From: the human T2T-CHM13v2.0 reference genome, Homo sapiens
Assembly: GCF_009914755.1 (NCBI RefSeq)
Contig: NC_060925.1
DNA length: 64,000 nucleotides
Reading direction: 5' to 3' (one strand)
Part shown: one piece after another, positions 1 through 39,760 of the stretch
Numbering within the stretch: position 1 is the stretch's first letter
Layout of the letters: each line of letters begins with the position of its first letter
Notes under the pieces: generated by a model
What the model saw: the letters and a program-made list of their open reading frames with translations, nothing else
What the model was told of the DNA's origin: nothing
Databases searched by the model: none
Program-made: the position numbers and the translations under genes

Positions 1-1609
<1,609 letters not shown>

Positions 1610-1633
1610 GAAATTTATTTATTTTTTTTAAAG

Positions 1634-6731
<5,098 letters not shown>

Positions 6732-6752
6732 CAAGAGCCCCTTTCTTAAGCA

Positions 6753-15607
<8,855 letters not shown>

Positions 15608-16169
15608 TGGAGTTTTTTCTCCTTTGGTAACCTTTCTTTTGTACGTTACATTCACAGGCAGCTTTTAACTTCTTTCAGTAGCAGGTTTCCAGCAATGCAG
15701 ATTGGCACATCATGAGGAAAGAAATCACTCTGCCTCCTGCTGGCCACCAGCAGAAAGACTTGAGTTTCTTTTGGCTTATTACAAAGAAATAATATATTTC
15801 TTTTGGTTTGTCACATTTCTCCCTCACAAACATGGGAACTTGAAAAGGAATGGAAGACAGAGGGAAAAGGAGACTGGGCCTCCTTTTCTGCTAAACCTGG
15901 ACTAGGCTTAGGTGTCAAGAAACCATTTAGATCAAATATCTTAAATGCCTCATTTTGTGAGCCACAAACTGAGGTTGATGCACCTTCTACATTGGTTACA
16001 GAAACAAAGGGATGGGCAAGGTTTATGCCAACATTCCTGCTCCCTTTCCTAAGTGATGGTATTGGGGAACTCAGCCGCATCTCACATTAACAATGTCTTC
16101 AGTATTGTTTTCTTCCCCCTCCCAAACCCCAATAAAACACACCAACTGCTTCAGAATATTTCTGGGTTG

Positions 16170-16877
16170 GGTTTTTTCATGGGTTTTTGTTTTGTTTATT
16201 TCGAATACTGAAAAAGTCCTTTGGGCTCTGTGGGGTTCCCCACGCTCACGGCTCCTTTCTCCCACACTCACTGCCCTTCTTCCCACAGCAAATCTATTTC
16301 AAGGACAGTACTTTTTAAAATGATTAATGTTGAGTTCTCAACTAGCTCTGCAGAACTAGAGGAGCTGTTTGCATCTGTCTGTGCGGATGGAGTTTCTTTT
16401 ATCTGACACCAGGTCTCCAACCACACTGAAACAAGGCATTTATCTACAGAGCTCAACTAGAACCCCTTTTCATTAGGCTACTCCACTTCCTTCCCCTCAT
16501 ACCTACCCCACATCAGCCACGTGGTTAAGAAGGATAGTCAGGAATGTTTTTACCAACTCCAAGCCCTAATTCATACTCCTCCATATCTCCCACCCCACCC
16601 TTTCAACCCCACCCCCACCCCCAGAATTTCATTGATATTTCTCCCAACTGTTATTTGGAAAAAAGGTAAAACAAAAAAGGTTCAAGGTCTTGGTGCTCAG
16701 CCCAAGGGGCTCCATGTGCTGGGACACCAACAGGAAAGGGCTTCTGCCTCTCCAGCCCACACCCGAGCCACCTCCTGACCCCTGGCTGCAAAAGCAGGAA
16801 GGGGCAGGAGCCAGCACAGGACCCGGGTGGGGCAGGGAGGGGAAGCGTCTCAGGATCTGGCAGAGCCCCGGGCAGCA
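16170..16877 (-). other. ENSA: ENSA terminal exon 3'UTR, AATAAA at 16195-16200
   Basis: Follows the stop codon; TTTATT on + strand; repeat-free; cleavage site approximate. Confidence 0.75.
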
Positions 16878-16893
16878 TCATTCAACTTGGCCA
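16878..16893 (-). CDS. ENSA: ENSA last coding exon (G)GQVE*
   Basis: Long poly-T tract then TCCGCAG|T GGC CAA GTT GAA TGA; exons 57+126+167+16 nt = 121 aa + stop. Confidence 0.95.
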
Positions 16894-19675
16894 CTGCGGA
16901 CGAACACAGAAGAAAAAAAAAAAAAACAACACTGTCAAGTAATAGGGGAAAAAAACCCTGAACTCCAACCCAGTCTCTACCCCATGATTCCTCCACATTT
17001 AACAACCATTAGGCTACCTGGCATGTCTCAATCCTATCCATAAGGGAGTTGCAAAAAAAATCAAAAAATAGAATTTCAGTCTTTTCCTATCCACGAAACA
17101 ACGTTATCTGCCTTTCTGGGATATCCATGGATAACAAACATAGAAAAATAATTCTTTAGATAAGATCAAAATAACTGGAGGTTTCCAGGTGGGTAAGCTG
17201 CCTGGCTCAGAGCAGGCTGTTTCAGAGGCATGGCCACAGCTACTTGCAAAGACTGAGGTAGCACAGAGATGAGGTGGTGACTGTGTGGAGGCCAGAACCA
17301 GACCACACACATGCTGTTCTGAATGGATTTAATAATCTAGGTTTAATCAAAGCAATTTGCATTTGGATTTTGGAATGACCACTCCTTGCTAAGGAAGCTA
17401 TGTACTTCATGCTGTGGAAACTGGCAAATACAGAATGTAGCTTGTTTGTTTTCTTAGCCTTGAAGATGACCAGGTAGAGAGACAGAGTGAGACCAACAGT
17501 TTTTCTGATTTCCCTGCTCCTCCTATTCCTTCCTAAAAATCAGACTCATTGTGACCAGTAGTCTTGAGGACTCAAGCTGAATGATAGAGAAGGCAGCTCA
17601 GACAGAAAAGAAAAAAAGTACAGAATTTGAGAAGATCGGAGATGAAGAAAACGTACAAAATTATATATATATTTATATATATAATAACATGACATATCTA
17701 TGTACAACATGGCTGGGACAGTTGAAGAAACTATACAATGGTGTTCAGCATTTTCCCCTTCCCAGATGGACTTTAAGGATGACAGCATGAGGAAATGGAG
17801 CAAGAAACACAAAAATTATATACAATTACAAGTGACAGTCAAGGAGTTTGGGGACCAGGGAGTCCAGGGATCCTGCTCTCTCCATTCCTTCCTCACCAAC
17901 TTTCTCCTATCCAATTTGAATGACAGCCTGAACACTGAATGGCCAGTCAGGAGAAAGGCATATACACACCTCATCCCCCCACATGCACATCAGCAAGTCT
18001 ATCAGTCATTCTCATTGGGCCAAATGTTTGGCATATCAGAATTTGTGATGTGAGAGGGCAAGAGGATTACAGAATCTTGCTCTCTTGAGCATTAGTTCTC
18101 ACCCTGGTCCTCTCTGTCATAACTAGCAAGTTGCGTTCAATAAAATTCTAGCCAAGCTGGTGGTAACTAGATTGAAGATGCTGGTCACCTGCAACCCCTT
18201 TCCTCCACCTGTTCATGAGTCAGCATGGCTACCTCTCCTCATGATAAAAGAGCTGGGTTGCTGAGTTCTGGGGATGCAGAGATTTCTCAGTCTTCCTCCT
18301 CTCCCTCCCTAACCACTTTCCCCAGCTTCCTCCAAGGTGAATCATCTTCTAAGAACCTGTTCCTCCAGCCCTGCAGGAGTACTCAGCCCCAGGGGCTAGC
18401 TCAGTTTACCCTTCTTCCTCTTTCCCTAACAATATACCTGGCATCAGACTGCATCTGAAACATGGGTCAACACATGTGCATGACTGAGCATGTTTCCTCA
18501 GGCCTGCAGCTCCGCTGCCAGAGAAGCTTTTTAGCAGCTAAGGCCCAGAGGTAGGCTGGGAAAGTGGGCTGGGTCAGAGGCAAGAAGCTTCCATGGCTAG
18601 CTTCCTAAGTATTTTTTTTTGACCCTCAAGACTGTGATATCTATAAGGTTCTCTTGCCTGAATTTATAATCCCCAAACCTCAATTTACTCTCTCCTCATG
18701 TATCCCTCAAATGGTTCCCCTCTGTAGTACTTTCCCAGTATTACAGAGCAGAGGTTCACCACCCACGAGCCTTCCTCACTTTTAGTTTTACAATGAACAG
18801 TATGGAGTTTTTCTGCTGACAGTTAAGACTTCAGAATCAGAATCAATCTTACATACATTTAACTCTATTTTACAGATGAGGAAATAGAAATCCAGAGAGG
18901 CTAAATGACTTAATCAAGGTTATACAACAGCTCTGCTGGGACTGAGTAGAGTGAGAACCCAGATATCTTGACTCCTAAACCAGTGCTCGTCCCACTATCC
19001 CATGATACTTTCAAAAGCAACATGCTGGAAGAGAGAGAGAAGGTGCCCATTTTCTGTGAATAATGTTCATCAATCTTTATATTATTTGAGAGCCAGAGCA
19101 AACTGTAAGAGATACTAAGTAATGGAGGCTAAGGGGGCACTGTAGTTTTAGGCAAGCAAGTCAATTTTTCTTTTTAAGGATTCTCTAAACCTGCCATAAT
19201 GGAAACATGAAGCAATAGCAGCCTAAGGGACAGAACACTTAGAAGCACAGAAAACATGTCTCATTCAATCTACCTTTCCCAACTACGTTAGGTTAGCCTT
19301 GGGATGTTAAACCTGCCAAACTATTCCCAAGGCTCAGCCTAATCAATTTTGGGACATTCTCTCCCAAAAGGAGAAATCACATCTCTCCAGTTTCTCACAC
19401 AAAAAAAGCATTTGCAGCATTATCCAATCCTAGCCTTTCCTATTTCTAGGCCCTACCTGGACTACAGGGAGTGTGTGGAAGTGTCAATCTAACGAAATAA
19501 ATAAACTTAGAGCCCCTTTTCAACCTACATTACCTTCTCAGCAGCCCCCAGCAGAATCACAGTCATTTCTGGCTAGCAAGCTGAGAAGATCTGACTAGGT
19601 GCCCATTTCATCCCTGCCTATAATATATAAACGTCCAGTGGTTGAGGAAGGGGAGGAGAGGGGGGCTCAGGTTAC

Positions 19676-19842
19676 CCCGCAAGCTTGCTGGTGACGAGCG
19701 AGGACTTTCTCTGGGGCAGATCCTGTGGGGTGGGGATGTGATCACCAGTCACCAGGTTCTTGTCTGGTCCTGCACTTGGCAGCTGCTTATTCTTCATCTT
19801 GGCTTTGGCCATGTTGTAGTCTCCTGAGTCAAAGTACTTTTG
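19676..19842 (-). CDS. ENSA: ENSA exon 3: [55 protein letters not shown](G)
   Basis: Endosulfine FDSGDY motif (Greatwall/MASTL site) and RKSS PKA site; AG acceptor 19843-44, donor GTAACC at 19675; unspliced form ends GGG TAA (19672-74). Confidence 0.97.
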
Positions 19843-20512
19843 CTAAGAGATAAGAGGGAGGTTTAGGTGAGTGAGGACTCTGGCCTTCCTCAAAAACAAG
19901 GAGACTCACATCTCACATCCATTATAAACCCTCATGCACACTCGGATCTTTCAAGAAGTCTTCCTTGATTAACCTCATGCATACACAGTTTAACATTAAT
20001 TACATGTACTTATGTCTTCTCCCCAGTGTGTTCTGACTTTTTCAGGTACATAAGCAATTTCCCAGCTAGAGTATATAGTTTTGGAGTCAAGGGATAGCCC
20101 CTGCCATCCTTTGTACTCCACTCAGTAGAGGATCGTTCCACCAAAATCACTTATTCATAAAGGGTAACTGAGGACCTTACTGGGTACAGGGCAATAGCCT
20201 GGAACTGGAGAAACAGAAATGAATAAGATATAGAGAAGGATAAATATGGGGCTATCCTAGCCACCAGGAGATCAACCACAAGCCAACAACCTCAAAATGA
20301 TTATTCTCCCAGACCAGGAATAGAAACTGGGCCTGTTCATGAGGATAATGTATTTTCCTTCTGACTCTCACAGCTCCCACACATGTTCCATGACTGTGAC
20401 AGCCTGCCCACGCCTGCCTTGCCTCCAGCAAGGTAAATGCAAATCAGCATCACATTATCATCTGTGACTAAGACTCAATAACTGGGATCCTCCACAGGGA
20501 TGTTTCACCCAC

Positions 20513-20858
<346 letters not shown>

Positions 20859-21365
20859 TGAGCCACTGCGCCTGGCCAAATTTTTTTTTTAAAAAACGAT
20901 AATATAATCCCTCAGTCAGCTTTAGGTACCTTTGGGAACTAAAAATCTGATCAGGAGCTACATGGCTATGAAAGTAGACTCTCTCTTGGTAAGGAGGACC
21001 ACTCTGAACAAGAAAAATACATTTGCTGCAGGAGTATAATTAATGGCTGGTGCTCACTTCAAGGGTATGAAGAAACTGATTCATTTCAAGTTGAGGATTT
21101 ATTTCTGTAGGAGAGATGGTTTGATCTTCTTCTGAAATGATGCATCCCAAAATTTATCTCTAATGCTTAAAAAGTGCACAATCCTAAAACCTCCAACATT
21201 CAAACAGGCAAATGCCTGGGGGCAGTCTGCATTTCAGTTTCTAACATCTTTCCCTCATTTCCCCACACACCCAAATGCTCCAATTTAGGCCTTAATTTCC
21301 TACATGGGAAATCAGGAGGGAATTGATACCACATCAGGGATTTACATTAATTTGACTTGCTCTTT

Positions 21366-21500
21366 TCAAATTTCAAATTCGCCTCTACTTCTGTTCAACA
21401 ACAAAACCTCCAGAAAAGGATCCAGTAGAACCTCTACAGACTTCATTCGAAGAACCTCCTTTAGCTCCAAAGAAAGAGGGTAAGAGACTATGCCCCATAC
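21366..21500 (-). CDS. ENSA: ENSA exon-2 read-through C-terminus ([13 protein letters not shown])
   Basis: Frame stays open for 44 codons past the donor; AATAAA downstream at 21098-21103. Confidence 0.6.
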   Translation of the reverse strand, partial: VWGIVSYPLSLELKEVLRMKSVEVLLDPFLEVLLLNRSRGEFEI

Positions 21501-21626
21501 CCCTTTCTGGAGTCTCTTCATGAGGAAGTCGGAGCCTCCAGGCTTTTGTCCTAGGCTTGGGTATTTGGCCTTTAGCTTTGCCTCTTCAGCTCTCTCAGGC
21601 AGAATACCTTCTTTCTCCTGCGTGTC
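21501..21626 (-). CDS. ENSA: ENSA exon 2: [42 protein letters not shown]
   Basis: Within ORF 21366..21695; acceptor TTTCTCCAG, donor GTATGG. Confidence 0.97.
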
Positions 21627-23094
21627 CTGGAGAAAACAAATGAGCCAAATAAAATTAAAGACTGAGAAACAACAGCTTCTCACATCTGATAACAACTATA
21701 CTATCAACTTCTCCTGGAAATCCACCCACTTGTAAATATGCTATCTCTACTCTGCTGTTAAAGCTAGACCTTTGTTAAAATCCCTAAAGCTCAAGATGAC
21801 TATTGTGAGAGAAAAAGACAAGCTGCTTCTCACACTTCACCCAAGGAACCAGCCAGGGACCTGTGCGTATTGGGCTAAAGGTAATACTAAACACAATACT
21901 TTAATCACAGAGTGGGCCATATCACTCAGCACAAATGCTAAGAAAGACAAAGAGAAAAAAGCAGGGCTTCTGGTGATAGAGGATGAGTAGCAGGGTTCCC
22001 TAGGCTATCCTACATGTCACATGAGAAATTAAAAAAAAAATAGTTTGGGGCTGGGAGCAGTGACTCATGCCTGTAATCCCAGCACTTTGGGAGGCTGAGG
22101 CAGGTGCATCACTTGAGCTCATGAATTCACTACCCGCCTGGGCAATATGTTGAAACCCCGTCTCTACAACAACAAAAAATAGTTTGCTAAATGTTTCCTC
22201 CTTATTTTTTTCTTTCTTTTTTAAAATTGCTACACGACAAAGCAGTTCCTTCTTTATTCAAGGTCTAAGCCACCTGTTAGGTCTCCCTGTGGAGGCGGCT
22301 AGCTATGTGGCCTTCTCCAAAGATCTCCACCTGAGTAATGGCACAGCCTTGCTTCAACATTTCCACAAATATTATGGTAGCAAGCTGATAAACAGAGAGG
22401 AAAATGATACTGTTTTTAACCTCAGGAAAACAAAGATACAGTAGGCTCACTAGTATTTACCCACCAGTTTTCATCAAAAAAATCAATACCTACCCTGGTG
22501 GTGCAGGGACTCTCACTACTGTAGTCAATCTCTTTTTTTTTTTTTTGTGGTCCCTGCTGCCCTTTAGTGACTTTTTGAAAAGATATGAAGTCAACGTATG
22601 ACTCTTTTTAGTGGAATTATATTCCTTTCTCTTGGAAATTACGCATAGATATAACACCAAGTGTATTTAATGAGTACCTGAACCCAGTACTAAATTTTAA
22701 AAGTCAAATACAAACCCCAATAAGGGGTTTATTTGGCGTTAGTGTTTCCATCACGGAATCGCAGGTGCACTAAGTCCCTGCCTTGGAAGTCTAGGGGAAG
22801 AGAGAAGTGTCTTTCTCACGACCCTGTCGGCGTCTTTTCCAAGTTTAATTACCATGATTCTGTTTGGAACTCTAGCCCTCTTCAATATTGCTGGGTCCTC
22901 ACTGAAGGTGAGCAATAGACCATCCTTAGCTACTAAAATAGGTCTCTTGAGAAAGTTGCCGCCTTAAACTAGCCATTATAATAACTACACTTCTCCCCTC
23001 CCCCAATACTGGTTTTTTTTTAAACGTCTTTACCTCGACCCCTATCTTTGCGGATTGAGGCTGCGGGCCCCAGCCCGGTTGCTGGGTCACTTAC

Positions 23095-23139
23095 CTCTAC
23101 AAACCAATAACACACATCACACCCAAGACCACCAGCCAT
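23095..23139 (-). CDS. ENSA: ENSA alternative first coding exon MAGGLGCDVCYWFVE
   Basis: GGGATGG strong Kozak context; GAG|GTAAGT consensus donor; phase 0, compatible with exon 2. Confidence 0.8.
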
Positions 23140-23447
23140 CCCCTTTCCATTCACCGTCTTTCCAACCACCCGCCCCACGTCCATGCTCGGCCAATTATAG
23201 CACAGCGTCCAAGGTTTGAGCGGTAGGCCTATTGGCCAATCAGGAAGAGTACAGTACTGAGTGACAAACGACCCAACTAACCAGCGCCAAAGCAGCATGT
23301 CGTGTTGAAGCTCACCCAGCGTGACGCAAAAAGTGGCCAACCCCTGCGGAGCCTGAGACCATGGCGACCAATCCGCACTGGTGGGAGACCGTCTCCCGCC
23401 CCATCACGGTCTCCCCAGCTCGCCCGCCCGCACCCCTTCCACTTCAC

Positions 23448-23504
23448 CTGCTTCTCCTCGCCGGTCTCCTCCGCAGGGTTCTCTTCTTCTTGTTTCTGGG
23501 ACAT
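23448..23504 (-). CDS. ENSA: ENSA first coding exon MSQKQEEENPAEETGEEKQ
   Basis: CCGCCATG Kozak; CAG|GT donor; known alpha-endosulfine N-terminus. Confidence 0.97.
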
Positions 23505-23915
23505 GGCGGGACCGGGACTGTGGAGTGTAAGGGGCCCGGGAAGGCAACCGGAGAAGGGAAGGGGGAGGGGAAACGGGGACAACCTGCGCTGCTGCTTCGG
23601 CTCCTGTCACTAGGGTTGCTCAGTCAAAATGGCGGCCCTTGCCCGTGACGTTGCGACCGCCCCTTCCTATGAGAGCCAGTGGGAGTGAGGTAGATAGGGC
23701 AATGACGTAACGATCTACCAATAGTCGCCGTCTAAAGGTGGGCTCTATAGAGGCGACCGGCAAGCTGGAACACCAACCTGGAAAGAGAGTGAGCCACAAG
23801 GACCAATTGGAAGCCTGTGGGGGATATCGGGGGCGGGGCTGCTGGCTGTGGTACTTTTGCAGCTTTGGTGGGCTCCGGCTTCCTTCACTCCAGCCCCCCG
23901 CGTCCGAGAGACTTA

Positions 23916-26600
<2,685 letters not shown>

Positions 26601-26842
26601 CTAAAAGATGAATAATTCTTTTGGGAAATACTTTCTGATCAAGCTATTTCTAATTCCAAGCTCTGCTTAAGAATAATGTGTAAAAACTATGATTGCTAAA
26701 GGAACGATTGATTTAAATTATACATTTGTCCTTTTTTTTGAGACTGAGTTTAATTCTTGTTGCCCAGGCTGGAGTGCAATGATGTGATATCTCGGCTCAC
26801 TGCAACCTCCCCCTCCCAGGTTCAAGTGATTCTCCTGCCTCA

Positions 26843-28688
<1,846 letters not shown>

Positions 28689-28699
<11 letters not shown>

Positions 28700-28960
28700 T
28701 CGAAGCATCAAAAGCCCATTTAAATTTGGTACCAGAAACTGAGGCAATCGCAGGAGTGACTGATGGCCTCGCAAATCTTAACCCTGTCACTTGGGTTAAG
28801 ACCATCGGAAGTACTACTATTATAAATTTCGTATTAATCCTTGTGTGCCTGTTTTATCTGTTGTTAGTCTGCAGGTGTACCCAGCAGCTCCGAAGAGACA
28901 GCGACCATCGAGAACAAGCCATGATGATGATGGTGGTTTGTCGAAAAGGAAATGGGGAAA
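28689..28960 (+). pseudogene. HML-2 env TM C-terminus, rec exon 2 and polypurine tract
   Basis: [38 protein letters not shown]..; TTGTTAG|TCTGCAGGT.. encodes [18 protein letters not shown] (28868-28924); PPT ~28944-28960. Confidence 0.92.
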
Positions 28961-29931
28961 TGTGGGGAAAAGAGAGATCAGACTGTTACTGTGTCTGTGT
29001 AGAAAGAAGTAGACATAAGAGACTCCATTTTGTTCTGTACTAAGAAAAATTATTCTGCCTTGAGATGCTGTTAATCTGTAACCCTACCCCCAACCCTGTG
29101 CTCCCTGAAACACGTGCTGTGTCAACTCAGGGTTAAATGGATTAAGGGCTGTGCAGGATGTGCTTTGTTAAACAAATGCTTGAAGGCAGCATGCTTGTTA
29201 AGAGTCATCATCACTCCCTAATCTCAAGTACCCAGAGACAATACGCTGCGGAAGGCCGCAGGGACCTCTGCCTAGGAAAGCCAGGTATTGTCCAAGGTTT
29301 CTCCCCATGTGATAGTCTGAAATATGCTGGCCTCTTGGGAAGGGAAAGACCTGACCATCCCCCAGCCCAACACCCGTAAAGGGTCTGTGCTGAGGAGGAT
29401 TAGTAAAAGAGGAAGGAAGGCCTCTTTGCAGTTGAGATAAGAGGAAGGCATCTGTCTCCTGCTCGTCCCTGGGCAATGGGATGTCTCGGTGTAAAACCCG
29501 ATTGTATGTTCCATCTACTGAGATGGGGAAAACCGCCTTAGGGCTGGATGTGGGACATGCTGGCAGCAATACTGCTCTTTAAGGCATTGAGATGTTTATG
29601 TGTATGCACATCAAAAGCACAGCACTTTTTTCTTTACCTTGTTTATGATGCGGAGACGTTTGTTCACATGTTTTCCTGCTGACCTTCTCTCCACTATTAC
29701 CCTATTGTCCTGCCACATCCCCCTCTCCGAGAAACGCCCAATAATGATCAATAAATACTGAGGGAACTCAGAGACTGGTGCCGGTGCGGGTCCACTGTAT
29801 GCTGAGCGCCACTTCCCTAAGCCCACTTTTCTTTCTCTATACTTTGTCTCTGTGTCTCCTTCTTTTCTTGAGTCTCTCATTCCACCTGACAAGAAATGCC
29901 CACAAGTGTGGAGGGGCAGGCCACCCCTTCA
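28961..29931 (+). mobile_element. Complete HML-2 3' LTR (971 bp, LTR5B-like)
   Basis: TG..CA termini; AATAAA 29750-29755; end GGGGCAGGCCACCCCTTCA differs from the recalled LTR5_Hs end. Confidence 0.93.
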
Positions 29932-29944
29932 CTCAGCCTCCTGA

Positions 29945-30127
<183 letters not shown>

Positions 30128-30419
30128 TGATATAGCTAAATTACTGAGCATTAGGAAGGGTGGAACTTTCAGCCTGTAAAATATGAGTGAGGTTTCACAA
30201 AAACTAGCACAATGTCTGGGGCCCAGATTATTCTATTTGTGACTGGGCGGGAAGAGGTATATATATAGTAATTTTTGTATTTTTAGTAGAGACGGGGTTT
30301 CACCATGTTGGCCAGGCTGGTCTTGAACTCCTGACGTTAAGTGATCCATCTGCCTCCCAAAGTGCTGGGATTACAGGTGTGAGCCACCACTTTGGGCCAT
30401 AGATCGGGTGATTGGGGGA

Positions 30420-31040
30420 AGACCTGAGGTATCTGAGCAGAAATCTGGTTGGGGAGTGAGCCAGCAGTTATCTGGAGGGAAACTGGTTCAGGCAGAGGGA
30501 AGAGCAAATCCAAAGCTCCTAAAGCAAAAGCATATTTTTGGTGTATTTGAGAAACAGCAAGAAGGTCAATGTAGCTAAGAGCCGGAATAAGAGAAGAGAT
30601 GCAGGCAGGGATGAGATTGTTTTTGGCTTCTTAGGTCATGGTAAGAACTTGGATTTTATTTTTTGTGTAATGGGCACCCATCAGATGGTGTTGAGGAGGG
30701 GACTGACACAAAATCATTTAGGTATTAAACTGATCCTTCCGCTGCTCCATGGGGACCCAGAGTGGAAGTAGTAGCAGGAAACCAATTAGGCTTTTACAAT
30801 AGTTCAGGTAAGAGATGACAGTGACTTGGACTAGGGTGTAGTAGCTATGGAGATGGTTGAAAATGGCTAGATGTGGGATCTATTTTAAAGGTACCACCAA
30901 CAGCATTTGCAGACTCAAGGATGATTTCAAAGTTTTGGGTCTGAGCAACTAGGTGAATGATAACATTGTTTACTGAGACGGGGAGGCCTTAAGTAGAAGG
31001 TTTAGGAGGGAAAATATAGATTTTGCTATGGACACATTAT
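30420..31040 (+). mobile_element. L2-like relic
   Basis: GCAGAGGGAAGAGCAAATCCAAAG, CAGGTAAGAGATGACAGTGACTTGGACTAGGG and similar L2 motifs. Confidence 0.6.
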
Positions 31041-31062
31041 ATTCTATACAGACATAATTTAA

Positions 31063-31447
<385 letters not shown>

Positions 31448-32139
31448 TGACCACTATTCACTTTAAATGGGTATACTGTATGGTATGTGAATTATAATCG
31501 CAATGAATCTATTCTAAAAATATAGTTATTGAAAATATATAATTATAAAAAGCATTATGAAGCTATTCCCCCCCACACCAGAAGCTATTTTAATAAAAGA
31601 TTTTAACCTACTAGAAATAAAAGGAAAATTAAGTAGTCAAGAGTTCTAATCCTTCTCTGTTAACCACAGGAAACCTGGCTGTTTGGACTGGGTGTCTGTG
31701 TCAACAGACCACCACCAACCTGGAACAGTATTTGCTAATAACAAGCAAAGTATTCCTGAGTAATAATAGCTTCTTGATTGTTGGACTCCCATAAAGCAGT
31801 CATTATTAAGCTTTTTAACTTTTTTTTTGTTGGGGTGGGGGTGGTGTGCGTAAAGTATTGCATTATGTTTACTTTAGTATATATTGCCACCAGTTTTTCC
31901 AAATCTGATCTTTGAGAATCTGGTATAAACTATGGTTCTTCTGTCCCCCAAATGTGCTTAAGCACAAATACATACATGCAATATTATACGTATTTTAGGA
32001 TGTACATAGATCCCCTGAAACCAACCAATGCAGCTCAGTTTCTATAAAATTAAAGCAAGGTCACAGGAATTAACAGTGGCTTTTATTTATCCAGACTTCT
32101 GCTCAGCACAATCATATGCTCATAAATATATGACTTGAC

Positions 32140-33510
<1,371 letters not shown>

Positions 33511-33514
33511 TTAA

Positions 33515-35165
<1,651 letters not shown>

Positions 35166-35419
35166 AAATTTGTTCAGTATTTTCTTCAATCAGCTTTCTC
35201 AGACTGAATGTTCACCCTTTTAAATATTCATAATGTTCCTGAGAATCCATTTGGCTATTCTGTTTTCTTCACCCTTCTCCAGCCTTCCCCTCCTCAATTC
35301 GACCCATTTCTTCCCTACTTCCCAAAAGAAAAAATATCTACTTTGGATTAATATAAATCAGTTTAATCTAACTTATTCAAGACTTTTTTGGCCTCTACTT
35401 GGAGGTTCAAGAAAAGGTG

Positions 35420-35833
35420 TGTCAGGCCTCTGAGCCCAAGCTAAGCCATCATATCCCCTGTGACCTGCACATACACATCCAGATGGCCGGTTCCTGCCTT
35501 AACTGATGACATTCCACCACAAAAGAAGTGAAAATGGCCTGTTCCTGCCTTAACTGATGACATTGTCTTGTGAAATTCCTTTTCCTGGCTCATCCTGTCT
35601 CAAAAAGCTCCCCTACTGAGCACCCTGTGACCCCCACTCTGTCCGCCAGAGAACAACACCCCTTTGACTGTAATTTTCCTTTATCTACCCAAATCCTATA
35701 AAACAGCCGCACCCTTATCTTCCTTCGCTGACTCTCTTTTTGGACTCAGCCCGCCTGCACCCAGGTGAAATAAACAGCCATGTTGCTCACACAAAGCCTG
35801 TTTGGTGGTCTCTTCACACGCACGAGCATGAAA
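35420..35833 (+). mobile_element. HERV-H solo LTR, LTR7-like
   Basis: TGTCAGGCCTCTGAGCCCAAGCTAAG..CATGAAA; duplicated GTTCCTGCCTTAACTGATGACATT; TATAAAA ~35697; AATAAA ~35769. Confidence 0.92.
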
Positions 35834-36497
35834 GTGAGGTGATACAACGAGGGGGAAAAGAATTATTATTATTATTATTAAGGCTAACCTACAAATATTT
35901 TGAGGTATTTTATGGGTTTAAATATCCATAAATCTTTGAAGAAGTCTCACTTTCAGATAAGGAGGAAACATTTCAGTATCTCTGAAATACAAGAAAAACT
36001 TAGGATTAAAATTTTTCTCATTAAATCAGGAAAATGATGTACATTTATTGGACTGATTTTTTTCTTGTGGCAGAAACATGGATTCAGTCAAGAAGCCCTT
36101 CTGAAGGAGTAGAAGGCCCTAGATTCCCAGGTAAGCTTCTGAAGGAAATTCAGTTAAATCTACTATCATACTTTGGGAGGTTGAATTAGATTAAGAAAAA
36201 CAAAGCGGTAGCCAGATTATTTATATTCTGGGAAAAAATTCTACACAAAAGAGCTCTTAGAGAATATTTAGTTTTTCCCCTCTGGTTCAATTTACTTTTT
36301 TACAATTTGGAATGCAAAGGAAAACTGACACGGTAAGTGAGCTGGGCTGCTAGAAAACGGAGATTTCTGCCAGGAAGTGACTCTCGCTTTGACTTGCATT
36401 CGATAAAATTTTACTGCTTTCTGGGAGAGATGGCAGTAAATTATCAATAAAATTATCAATAAAATTGATAAAAATTATCAATAAAAAGTCACTTTTC

Positions 36498-39760
<3,263 letters not shown>

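Noticed and set aside
16521-18053. Plus-strand ORFs over the ENSA 3'UTR and intron 3
   Set aside because: Antisense shadow ORFs with no homology or promoter evidence.
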